A DNA stretch of 57,520 nucleotides, filler included, from Circinaria calcarea (Eukaryota): NCBI GenBank assembly GCA_051942165.1. It is 5 parts of 5 records of this genome, joined end to end, with 100 filler letters (N's around TTAATTAATTAA, not from the genome) between each part and the next. Parts side by side here need not be neighbours in the genome. Positions count along the whole stretch, not along the records: positions 23,094 to 34,521 come from JAVECS010000685.1; positions 34,622 to 46,026 come from JAVECS010000686.1; 3 more parts are not named here. One strand, written 5' to 3'. Of this stretch, positions 25,054 through 36,445 are shown one piece after another (positions within the stretch are counted from its first letter, which is position 1; each line of letters opens with the position of its first letter). The notes under the pieces are model-generated. The model had not been told where the DNA came from. It saw nothing but the letters and a program-made list of their open reading frames with translations, and searched no databases. A program made the position numbers and the translations under genes.

Positions 25054-27115
25054 ATGGCCCCTTCAGATAGCTCATCACTTTCTTCAGGACTTTCTGATGT
25101 CAGTGACAACGATTTATCGTCTCCCGATTCGATCGCAGGGGGTAGTCTGGATCGTTACTTCAAGCAAGACTCCAAACCGGCATCACCATCCCAAGGCAAG
25201 AGGAAGCGGCCAGCGTCTCCACCTCATGAATATGTCCTGGCTGATAATGCGGACATCGCCGTAAGTAAAATCGTTGCTTGACCTGGTCTTGTTTGACCAC
25301 CGCACGGAAATCGCGTTACTAACTCGTTTCACACGCAGTTCATCGTCATGTTCCGCTCGCGTTTCAGCGCCGCATTCCCGAAGTCACTCCCACACTATGG
25401 TCCCCAAGACATAGAGAGAGGCGTAGCAGACTCTTTACCTGATGAACAGGTGGAGAAATTGCTGTGTGCGTTGCTCGGACTGGTCCTGAACCGGAAGAAA
25501 GATGTGGAGTAAGGCCCCTACCAGCGAGAGTTATGCAGGACCATTTCTCCCATACCTGTCATAGAGCGTGCATAGTATACCAAGCTTACGACTCCAACAA
25601 CAGGAGAGGACATTATCAGCGAGCTTTGGAAGAAGCGGTTCAGTCTCATACTAGTCAATGGCCCCTGATATGGAATGGCAAAAATCCTCTTCATGGCGGC
25701 GGGAATTTCAACAACATGGCTCCTGAGCGGAGGGTATGAACCTCATTCTCTATATTATTTCTTCTGTCACTGACTTTGTTACCCAAGCTCGCCTTGCTAA
25801 AAGCCCTGATTATATGGTCTCTTAGTTCCTCGGAAGTGATTCAAGCTATTCTTAAAGAATCCTACAAGCAACAGCGCCATGACGATGATCTCAACCAGCC
25901 TCTATCAGTGCAACCGTGGGGCAGAGATGGTGATAAGCGCAGATACTGGCTTATCGAGGGACAAGATGACACCCACTTTCGTTTATACAGAGAGAGTAAC
26001 CCAGTATTGAAAACCAACACGTGGAGAGCTTTAGCAGGTAGCATTGACGAGCTTAAGCTTGTCGCAGACCGTCTTGAGGAAGAAGGTAGTCAAGCTTCTC
26101 GTCGACTGAAAGAACGAATAGTGCTTGCTGTACCCAGGTTCGAGGCATCTGAAGAGGTCAGTCCCTCAGTCCCAACTTTGGGAATCCACCGTTTCTTCAA
26201 GAAGCAACTGACACGTTCTAGAAACGCAAACGACGTGATTACCGCAATTCACGAAAGGCACAATTTACCCGTCCTGAACCTGGATTCTCCCTCTACGAAG
26301 GTCGCACCCGTGGCAAACGGATCAGGTACAACTATTCCGACGAGGAAGAAGTGGGATCTGATGCGGTCTCAACGAAACGCTCAAACCGACCGTCAGGCGT
26401 ATCAACCCCCGCTGAGCCAGCCGGGCCTACCTTCACCGCCAGTGGACGTCAGGTCAGGTCGAGAGTGGGCGGAACATATGGCGAGACAGTGTTGAGTGGC
26501 AAACAAGAACAGCACCATCAGACTTATGGTGGAGATGGCACCAAGGATGACGGAAACCAACCCTTGCCACGTACCCGTACACGAGGCTCAGCTCCACACA
26601 ACGCAACCAACAACCGAAGCCGGAAACACATCGAAGGCTATAATGCTCTAGACGACATGGACGATGAAAGCGACGCAACATCGAGTGGGGTCGGTTGGGA
26701 TGGAGGGGACGATGAAGACGTCGACGGCCATATTGCCGAAGATGAAGACGAAGAGGACGTTGATATGAGCGATACCGGAGACAGTGCAGGGGAAGCAGAC
26801 AATGACCAGGTTGAGAAGAAAAGTCTTCTAGTATCTCTGAAATACCAAAAGACGCCTAGGAGTCAGGGAGCAGAGAACCTGTCGAGGTATCATAGCCCAA
26901 ACGGGGTCAATGGGTTCTCAGATGTGTCCACGCCATCCATCGAAATCGCCAACCAGACTTCATATCAGAATTCCAATGTCCAGAAAGGTGTCAATGGCCA
27001 TCGATTCACCGCCAGTCACGATCTATCTCCAAGCTTGATACCTCAAGGAACTAGTCTTACCCAAGCACCATCGACGACGCTTTCGACCGGCTCCCTGCTT
27101 CCGCAAACGTCTTAG
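25054..27115 (+). CDS. WHIM1-domain chromatin-associated protein (ISWI accessory-like)
   Basis: Introns at 25261-25338, 25509-25603, 25734-25787 and 26157-26221 give a continuous frame. LALLKALIIWSL helix, PWGRDGDKRRYW motif, YEGRTRGKR and an acidic tail. Confidence 0.8.
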
Positions 27116-27643
27116 GATTACGTCTTACGAGTACCCGAGCAATGTAAGCGATTCGCAGATAGCAGACTCCCTCTTCTTCGGAGGCTGTATTGCCTGGAGT
27201 TGTGTGTAACGCTTCAGCTTCTTTGTTAGCATGATACCAACGGTGTTGCCACTCTTAGATGGAGAGATGACACAGATAGATTCATAGCATGCAGCCGCTC
27301 TAGCTGTCGCTTGCTTGGAATAAATTTTCTATGCCTAGCTACACCCTAATCGGTCTTCTAAGTGCAGAACTCTGAGACGTGTAGCGGCAGCTTTCTGAGT
27401 AGCTTAAGATTTACTGCAACATAACATCTGAGCTAGTTCATGACTTTGGATGGATGTTTCAGAACGGAGAGTAGATTAGAGGGAAGAAAATAAGCAAATA
27501 AACATTTTACTGTAATTATTTTTCAATATCCGTTGTAAGTTACCAAACTCACGTGCCTACTCGATTATACATTGTGGCAAGCCTAGTTTCTCACCATCCA
27601 GCGCCATTTCTCCCACTTCCCTCTATCCAACAAATAACAAAAT

Positions 27644-28274
27644 ATGGCGTCATCTTTGCCCATTGAAATTGCCTCGGCCATCCAATCTGCCTCGCTGAAC
27701 CGCTCGCCCTCCCCTCACCACGATCTCAACCCGTCAACCGCAGCCTCCACCAAACAACCCGTTCGGATCTCCTTCCCTCCTCCTTCTCCCGAATCACCCA
27801 CATCAAGCCGATCCCGTAAAAGTACCAACGAAATCCCATACTCGGCCATCGAGCCCCTTCCTCGACGTTCCACGCTTCCTCCACTCCCGGATCTCCGCTT
27901 CGAACAATCATACCTCGCCTCCCTGCAAGGCAAATCGGATTGGAAGAGTATCACATATATCACAATCCGTGACCAGGTGTTATTTCCGCTACTGCAGGGC
28001 ACCTTGTGGACACTGGCGTTGAGTGGGTGGAGAGTTTGGAACCAGAGGGCGGAGTTTCGAGGGGCGAGTGTGGGGAGTCGAATAAGGAGATGGTGGTGGG
28101 AGGTCAACGGGTGGGAGATCCCGAGTAAAGGGGAAGCGGGAATAGGTGAAGAAAGATTGGCTAGAGAGGTAGGGGAGGTAAGTTTTACGAGGTAGAAGGG
28201 GAGTGCCAGGGGCTACGGCATTGACGGGTTGGTAGTTCTATAAGGAGCAGTTTGGAAGTGCCGGTATGGATTGA
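27644..28274 (+). CDS. DUF1770 family fungal protein
   Basis: LPPLPDLRFEQSYLASL...ITIRDQVLFPLLQGTLW...RRWWWEVN. Intron 28178-28235, then last exon FYKEQFGSAGMD*. Confidence 0.8.
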
Positions 28275-29444
28275 ATGGTCCTGCGAGAGGATGCAAGGAT
28301 ATAAACATAAGATTTGGGACACGTTCATGGGTGTATGAGAAAGACTTTAACGGCGTGGAACACTTAGCTGCTGACCGTCTCCTAGGATGTTTAGACATGC
28401 TCGGATTTCTCCTGCAACTACGGCAAGCACTGGATTTGAAGTGCCAACGTCTCCTCGCAGACAAAAGCAAATCTTGGATTGATCAACCGAAGCATGGTGG
28501 AGATACACCTATTGCAATTGCAGTCTTTTTCGGACAGTATCTCGCCGGTTAGGGATGAAAGCTGCGTCAAAGCAACCACATCCGGGATTGTACAAGCTAG
28601 TTGTATATGGCTAGGATCGAACAGATTCTGATACGACCTTTAAAAATACTTTATCGAGAAAAAGCACTTCACTTGTGTTGGTTACCATCGATAGAAAATG
28701 AGGCGCATAATTCATGATTACCCGCTTCTAGTTTGGGAAAATTCTAAGCCTACTACATGTATATATATGTGTGTGCCTGGCACTTTTTCAAGCAAAATCT
28801 GTGTCCATGTTTTTTGACCAAACACTCCCCTTCATCTTTTTATCAAACCAAAACTCGTTCCGTGCCCTTCGAGGCATTCTCGATGTTCCGATGCTAGACA
28901 TGATGCTATGACGACCGGCGCCAAAACTTAAAACGAAACTGCCGTGCACACTGGACATGGAGATTAAGAAGTTTGGAATACCAGACCACACTGTGGACAA
29001 AGCGATAGTACGGCAGAACCCGAATCATCTCACTCTTTTCTACGGGATACGTTGCTACATCTATGTTAAAAGCAAACGATTCCTCTCGTGTTTAATCCCT
29101 TCTATAGCCATGATGCTACTAGTGGCTTCAAACCATAAAAGGCTTCAAACGGCCGGCTGCGTGTTGGTGAATCTGTAGAGTACTTGGGATTGGGTCGGCA
29201 CCTAACCTTCACAATATAGGGCGTAGATATACATGCTAAAACTGGTCGAGTGTAAGAGGAATGTGGACATTGCATAAAAGTAGGCTAGTATCCGTTTACG
29301 AACCCTAAGTTCATTCTGTGCCGAGCTCTAGGCGAGAAGTTAGACCCCTCAGACGTCATTTCCATAATTTTATCAGGCTTCACAACTCCGAAGTGCTAGA
29401 TCTCTTAATCTGAGATCCCCGTGTTTATCGCCTTCATTGTGAAG

Positions 29445-30864
29445 ATGCCTCGTAAGAAGTGGATGTAAGTTTCGATCACCAAAGTTTCCCCCCCTCCACC
29501 CCAAAGGCCATTCGACTAATTATCATCCAATACCCAGTGATAAGTCCGCGTCCACGACTTACACCCTCGTTCACCGACCCCAAAATGATCCAAAAATCCA
29601 CGATGCCTCATCTTCGTCTATGGTCTTTCAGGAACTTGCCCCCTCTCAAGCGCATAAGGTCAAGAACCGTGGCGACCTCGAGTCGGAACTCTTTGGCAGT
29701 TCGGAGTACGGCGACGATGCGCCCAGCCTAAGAGATAACGAAGGTGAGGCGGCGGAGTACGGAATCTACTATGATGATACGGAGTACGACTATATGCAGC
29801 ACATGCGGAATCTGAATGGTGGCGATGGTAGTGGGGAAAGCTATTTCGTGGAAGCGCCATCTAAGAAAAAGGAGGGAAAGGGCAAAGGGAAAGTGAGTCT
29901 GGAGGATGCTTTGAGGGAAGCTAGCCTTCAGGATGATCCAAGTAACAGAAATGGGGAGCCTAGGAAGCCATTGCTTGATGAGGATGTCCTTCCATCCAAG
30001 AATCTGAGGAGAACTACATATCAGGACCAGCAAGATATCCCTGATGTCATTTCAGGGTTCCAACCGGATATGGATCCCCGATTACGTGAAGTCTTGGAAG
30101 CATTGGAAGATGAAGCATACGTAGACGACGAAGAAGATATTTTCGGGGAACTTGCTAAAGAGCGTCAAGAACTAAGTCTTGAAGAGTTCGAAGAATTGGG
30201 CTTCGTCGGTCATGAAGGCCAAGTCGACGACGAAGGTCGGGAATCTGACGATACAGCAAAGCCCAGGAAAGAATACAAGGATCCTGTTTCGGCTGTGCCT
30301 CGAATTCCTAGCACTGTTGATGTTCCTATGGACGAAGGACCAGACCATGGTGATGGGAATTGGATGGCCCAATTCAGCAAATTCAAGAAAGCTGAAAAGC
30401 TAACCAAGGATGAAAAGATTGCTGCATCTAACGCTCAGTCCTCAGTCCTGACTGGTGCCTCATCTACTCTCAGCGGTCGTCACAAAAAGCGAAAAGGTGC
30501 CCTGACGTCTAGCACAGGATACTCTATGAGTAGCTCCTCCCTCCTAAGAACTGAAGGTCTGACACTCCTCGACGCACGGTTTGATAAGATCGAGGAAGAA
30601 TATGCTGAAGACATTGAAATGGATGATGATGAAGATGGAGGGGCTTCAGTAATGACGGGAACCATGTCGACGACGTCGAGCAAAGTACTAACCTTGGTCA
30701 TGAGGGAAGACTTTGATAGCATTATGGATGAGTTCCTGGATGGATATTCGATGAGTGGGAAGAAGAGGGTCAAGAAAGGGGGCTACCAGAGTGGAATGGA
30801 GCAATTGGCAGAGATCAGGAGGGATCTGGGGAAGCCTCACATTAGGTCACAAAAGGCATCATAG
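29445..30864 (+). CDS. LTV1: 40S ribosome biogenesis factor Ltv1
   Basis: MPRKKWI, then intron 29465-29537, then [18 protein letters not shown]. Motifs [42 protein letters not shown] and [20 protein letters not shown]. Confidence 0.93.
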
Positions 30865-31263
30865 GGTACATTATTGGTAAAATTGGTGTCCAGCATATGG
30901 ATCGTAGGGAAAGATTGCATTCGGGAATTATGGATAGTAGATACCCCTGGCTGGATATGCACGACATTTTAGAGGAGCTTTACAAGACCATTATTCTCCC
31001 ATTTTCTCATATGCACTAATATTGACACATGAGATTTTTTCTTCTATTCTGAGCAACGGCTAGTGGCATCGAAGTGTGTATGTAGGTCTTCGGCTGTGAA
31101 GGACATGGAATAACTGTACTTCGAAGCCTAATGTGGGGTTGTGTGGGGAAGACCCTTCGGACCCTGATCACCGTTGCCCGAAATAAAAATCTCAGCTGAC
31201 AATCAATAAATACACCATCGAACGTGCCTGAACAAAATATATACTACTCCCAACACATTGAGG

Positions 31264-32837
31264 ATGACCAAAGGCAGGGAATATGCGTTGCTCTGTCTGG
31301 GTAACCCTCTCCTCGGTACAGTCACCACTCCTCCCATCATTCGACCCTCATGCTAACCACGATCCTTTTACTATGAAGACATTCAAGGCCAAGGGTCAGT
31401 AAGCTCTGAGCTTACCTTCTCAAATCTCTAAGATAACCTAAGCTGATTTACCGTTCGAGGGATGCCGCCATGCTCGAGAAATACGGCGTCAAGCCCAATG
31501 ATGCCATCCTCGCCGAGGAGAAACATATGGGTCTCTACGACGACCTGATCAATAACCACAATGCGAAGCTCATCGCGGGTGGAGCTGCCCAGAATACAGC
31601 CAGAGGCGCCCAGGTATATTATTGTCCTCGCTCCTCCTTCTCCTTTGCAAACATCTCCTCCCAACTGCCATCTCCCCAACCTTTGCCTCTCCCAAACAAC
31701 TTCCAAAAACCCCCCCTCCTTTCCCGACTAACCACTTCCTCCCCAAAACACAGTACATCCTCCCCCCCTCCTCTGTCCTCTACATCGGCTGCGTCGGTTC
31801 CGACTCCTACGCCGAGACCCTCCGCAACTCCTGCACCGCCGCCGGCGTCCGCGCCGAATACCTCGTCGACGCCTCGGTGCCCACTGGCCGCTGTGGCGTC
31901 ATCATCACCGGCCACGACCGAAGCATGATCACGCACCTGGCCGCCGCCAACGAGTACAAAGCCGACCACTTGAAATCTCCCGACATCTGGAAATTGATCC
32001 GGCAGGCCCAAGTCTACTTTGTCGGCGGCTACCACCTGACTGTCTGCGTGCCCGCCATCATGGCCTTGGCCGAGGAGGCGGCACAGGAGGACAAGGTCTT
32101 TATCCTCAGCCTCAGCGCGCCCTTCATCCCGCAATTTTTCAAGGATGCCCTCGAGCAGACGAGCGGGTACTGGGATTACGTGATTGGGAACGAGACGGAG
32201 GCGAGGACCTGGGCCGAGAGCCAGGGACTCCAGGAGACCAACGATATCTCGACGATTGCGCGGAAGCTGGCGGAGCTGCCCAAGGTCAATCAGAGCCGGA
32301 AACGGGTGGCGATTGTGACGCAAGGGACGGATCCGACGGTGGTGGCGGTGCAGGGCGAGAAGGAGGTGCGGGAGTATCCGGTGCGGGCGATTGGAATGGA
32401 GGAGATTTGCGATACTACTGGTGCTGGGTATGTTTCCATTCGGCTTTCCTATGGAAGATACATAGTAGAGTCATTCCCGTGGTATCACAAAAGGCTGACG
32501 GATGACTATTTTAGGGACGCCTTTGCTGGCGGTTTCGTCGCAGGTATTGTCGAGGGGAAAACTCTTGAAGAGTCCATTGACATGGGACACTGGCTTGCAA
32601 GTCTCAGCATAAGGGAGTTGGGTCCATCGTATGTAATCCCCCCATCCCATACCCAGGCGTCTTTCCACCGACTTCAAAATCACAAGACATCCGAAAATAG
32701 CCTCCCACTCCTTCCTCCTCATTCCCAGATATCATTCCAATACCCTCCTCCTCTCCTCCCATTTCTCCCTAGCTAACGAACCAACCAGCTATCCCTTCCC
32801 CAAACACACTTACCAGCCCTCCGACCCGAAAGCATAA
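31264..32837 (+). CDS. ADO1: Adenosine kinase (PfkB family)
   Basis: LGNPLLDI, AGGAAQNTARGAQ, TGRCGVII, GNETEA and DTTGAG|DAFAGGF. Five introns. Last exon YPFPKHTYQPSDPKA*. Confidence 0.95.
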
Positions 32838-33235
32838 GTCTTCTTCTCCTTCTTCCTTGCAGCAAGGCGTTTCAGGGGAGTAACAACCAGTCTTCAACAA
32901 CTGGGGGTATTCAACTACCGGGGCAAAAAGCGGATTTCGGTGGGCTTGGGCTTTAGAAGACACAGGCATGGAGCCGTACCGTACGTAGATGGGGGCTTTT
33001 GAACGATGGATGATCCTCCACAATCGAAACGATAGAGCATGATTTTTTTATGCAATGATAGAGGTCTAGATGTGATAGATGGCTTCTTTGGAGACTAATC
33101 CCGCAGATCCTATGCTGTATTTATTGAGCCGTAAGATCGCCCTAGATCCCGTTCGGTGGTAGGACTGGAAGGCCGACGGACGCCCTTTGTCCATACATTT
33201 CCTGGCTGGGAATCCTCTGGGAATCCTCACGACCT

Positions 33236-34521
33236 TCAGCCGCCATCCTGACCGTTCGGCGGTGTCTGCCCCACAAACGAAGCCTGGAGTCCGGATTTCC
33301 TGCCACTACCCCACGGGCTGCCGTTGCAGACCAGCGGACTCACAAAGGCCCCTTCGAAAAAGCCATTCCCGTTGGCGTACACCGTCGATGGGCCTCGCCC
33401 CGTCGTGGTCCCTGTGGTCCCGGCGTTCCAGGTTTTCTGGGGCGAGAACATGCTGCTCGGGTCTTGCATGCTGCTGACACTCGACTGCAAGCTGTACTCC
33501 ATGCGTTGCTGCTCTAGCGGAAGACGCTTGGCCGTCCCCGGACGAGATGGAGAACCGCCCGTTGCAGGGGCGAAAGGCGAACTGGACACGCTCGGCACCA
33601 GAGGCCGTGGCGTACTACCGAGCTGCACCTCCCGAGGCGAATAGGAGCGCATTTCTTGGACCAGGTCGTGAGCGGTCAGCGTGCCGATGACGCCATAGCT
33701 GGTGTCGTTGCCGATATCCTTGAGCGGGGATTCTTCAAAGGAGTAACTGGGCGGAGTTGGGGGCGCTCGATTCTCTATGGTAGGAGGACGAGGGGATTCG
33801 TCAAGGTGTTCGGGGTCGTTGCTCGCTTCTGAGCCGACGATGTCGTCGACCATGCGCTTCATGGCTGGATTGGCGGAGATGGACACCGAGGCTGATTGCG
33901 AGGCTCTATCATCGACCGTCGAGGCGGCATCAGGTGCGGTCATTTTGGCTTGAGCAATGTCTTCGCGCTCGATACTGGTAGACGAGAGCGTGGCGTGATG
34001 ACCTTCCGGACTGGCGAGGAGCTCGGATGGCATCCCTTCCTCGCGATAGACAAAAGTGGTCCCGTCGATTAGGTCGATGGGAATGTTCTGCGGATATCGT
34101 CAGCGTTATCTCAGTATAGGGTTATTGACTGACTTCATATTGTACTGCCAGTTCCAGCCCATCGGTTAGGAAATCTCGAACTCTACTGAGCATCTCGATA
34201 TTCGGATGATGCCGTTCTATACCATGGTCATGATATTTAGGCATACGATCCCTGTTCGCTTGGATGTCGTATCTACTGCTATTAGGATCCTTCTCGAAGG
34301 GTTTGAACCCCAGAGTATCCTCGTCTTCTTCAAGGAGGTAGTCAATAGAAGGTAGGTCAGGCACAGCAAAAGATGCTGCTAATAACGTCAAAGTGTTTGC
34401 GTAGATTTTCCACAGTTCTTTGATCTGTATATTAAGAGAGTTATCCCCCATATCTGCTGCCAGGAGGGCCGGATTCGACATCAACCATGAACTATAATGA
34501 CGTAGTCCGGGAAGCACGCGG
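33236..34521 (-). CDS. Est1/Ebs1/SMG7-like protein, C-terminal part (5'-truncated)
   Basis: LPGLRHYSSWL...LWKIYANTLTLL...YLLEEDEDTLGFKPF...HHPNIEMLSRVRD. One intron at ~34088-34133 and an S/P-rich tail. Confidence 0.75.
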
Positions 34522-34621
34522 NNNNNNNNNNNNNNNNNNNNNNNNNNNNNNNNNNNNNNNNNNNNTTAATTAATTAANNNNNNNNNNNNNNNNNNNNNNN
34601 NNNNNNNNNNNNNNNNNNNNN
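34522..34621. other. Artificial contig linker
   Basis: N44-TTAATTAATTAA-N44. Confidence 0.98.
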
Positions 34622-36037
34622 GAAATCTTGCGTCGTCACCCAGGTGCTGGCGTCGCGATCAGGTACGATCAATTCATGGACGAACAGCTTGGAATAGTTA
34701 GCTTTCATGGCGGCTCGGAGCTGGGTGAGGATACGCAGGCACGATTCGGTGGGCCAGTTGTGTAGGCATTGTCGGATGTAGTAGGCACGGGCACCTAGGA
34801 TATAGTATTAACTCCGGGGATAGATGAGGGTGTCCCTGGGCGATGTAGGAGCGCGAGTATAATAAACGAAGAGCAACGTCATAAGGTAAAGGGAAGGTTT
34901 AAAATCGAGTATCCTGATACTGTAGGTAAACATACCTTTGATTGGCTGCTCGGTGAAGAAGTCATGGCCTATCATTTCAATCCCATCAACCTTGGGCGCA
35001 TTTTTTATCGTACCAGGCAAGTCTTCCACGATAAATCGTCCCGGTAACTCAGGGCACGCCTTTTTAAGTGCAATAGTCTTCTGGCCATACCCACCCCCGA
35101 CATCGACAAACATAACTTGGTCGCCGGAGGCTTCAAAGCCCTTGGGGAGAATATCGTTGACAGGATAGAGGTCTTGGATTAATGAGTTTCCTTCGCCCCA
35201 AGTGCTCATCAAGGTACCGAATCCGCGAGCTGAATCAGGCTTTTCCGTCAAGATACCGATCAGATCTTTGCCCTCGATGCCAAAGGCCTTCTGAACTACG
35301 GTGTTACACGGGTCGCTTGGAGCTCGGTAGTCATTCGAGGCAAGATAGCCAGGCAGAGCTTGATAGACTGGGTTCAGAAAATCGGCACTAGAGATTATAC
35401 ATCAGCAAAAGCTAGCATATGGGATAGTGCGGACCTACCAGCTCGCAAGACCAGATGCAAACATCGGGTTCACAAACAGCTCATACGACGGCGACAAGGC
35501 ATACGTCAGGGACTCGCCTGAGCCTACTTCTTTCACGGCACCAAAGGCAGCCAAGCTGCGAAGAACGCGGCCTTGGAAAAACGGTTAACATTTTAGAGGG
35601 TCATTGGCCTACTGAACAGTTCAGCTCACTAAGGAGAACCCGATCGGCAACTTTGGTAGCATTAACCAACTGCTCCAGGGATTTTGGTCCACTTGTTTCA
35701 GCAAGAATAGTGAATAGCTTAAGATCGATGGCGATCCTGACAGTGATGCCTTCTACGGGCTTTGAATAGATTAACCTTGGACTAATCCGAAAGCAAGTAG
35801 GGGCCGTCCACCGCAAAAACGGATGTGTACAGTAAACCTGCACAGTAGCCATGAGCTCACCTGCGACAGTAGCACACGTGCGACGACATCCTCCGGTTTT
35901 TCCAGCAAAAGATAGACCTCCTTGGCCGCGCGACAGACCTTGGTGCGGAGACCAGGGTCCGACGAGAATTCTGCAGGTGGATGTGATTTCAGAGCTTGGA
36001 GCTCAGCAAGCAGCTCGGTAGGTGATAGATTAGCCAT
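34622..36037 (-). CDS. SAM-dependent O-methyltransferase (Methyltransf_2, secondary-metabolite type), 3'-truncated
   Basis: Five exons with open frames. Motifs VRIAIDLKLF, RVLRSLAAFG, FVDVGGGYG, HDFFTEQPIKGARAYY and LHNW. Confidence 0.9.
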
Positions 36038-36445
36038 TACTATGGCGTAGGGTGGATGATGAGAGTGTAAGGCTATCTTTCGGGAAGAAATGGTTCGAGG
36101 TTGGAAGAAGGATCGAAGTGCAGGGAATAGACAGTTCCTTTATAATGGTCTGCCTCCGCCCTGCCCTGCTTTGCCTCGCCCATGAGACATCGAGCGGGTC
36201 AACTGCCGTAGCATCAACAAATTTACCAGGCATAAGAGATGGGAGTAGGTAGAGCGAGACAAGCAGTCCTTACATTTGGAAGATTGAACAGCTTCATCAA
36301 TTATATTATGGTACCTTGCCGTTGAGATGCCATGTTCAATTTTAGACCGAGTACACGCCTTCTACTACTATGGTACCATATGTTGCGGAAGCTAAATTAC
36401 GCGCGCCTCATCTAACTAAAGCCAGCCTAGCGTATTTACCTTATT

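Noticed and set aside
29301..29308. AACCCTAA telomere-like motif upstream of LTV1
   Set aside because: A single copy is expected by chance and is not an array.
31619..32323. 234-aa antisense ORF in ADO1 (and the similar 22148-22711 ORF in the laccase)
   Set aside because: Expected antisense open frames from high GC3 codon usage.
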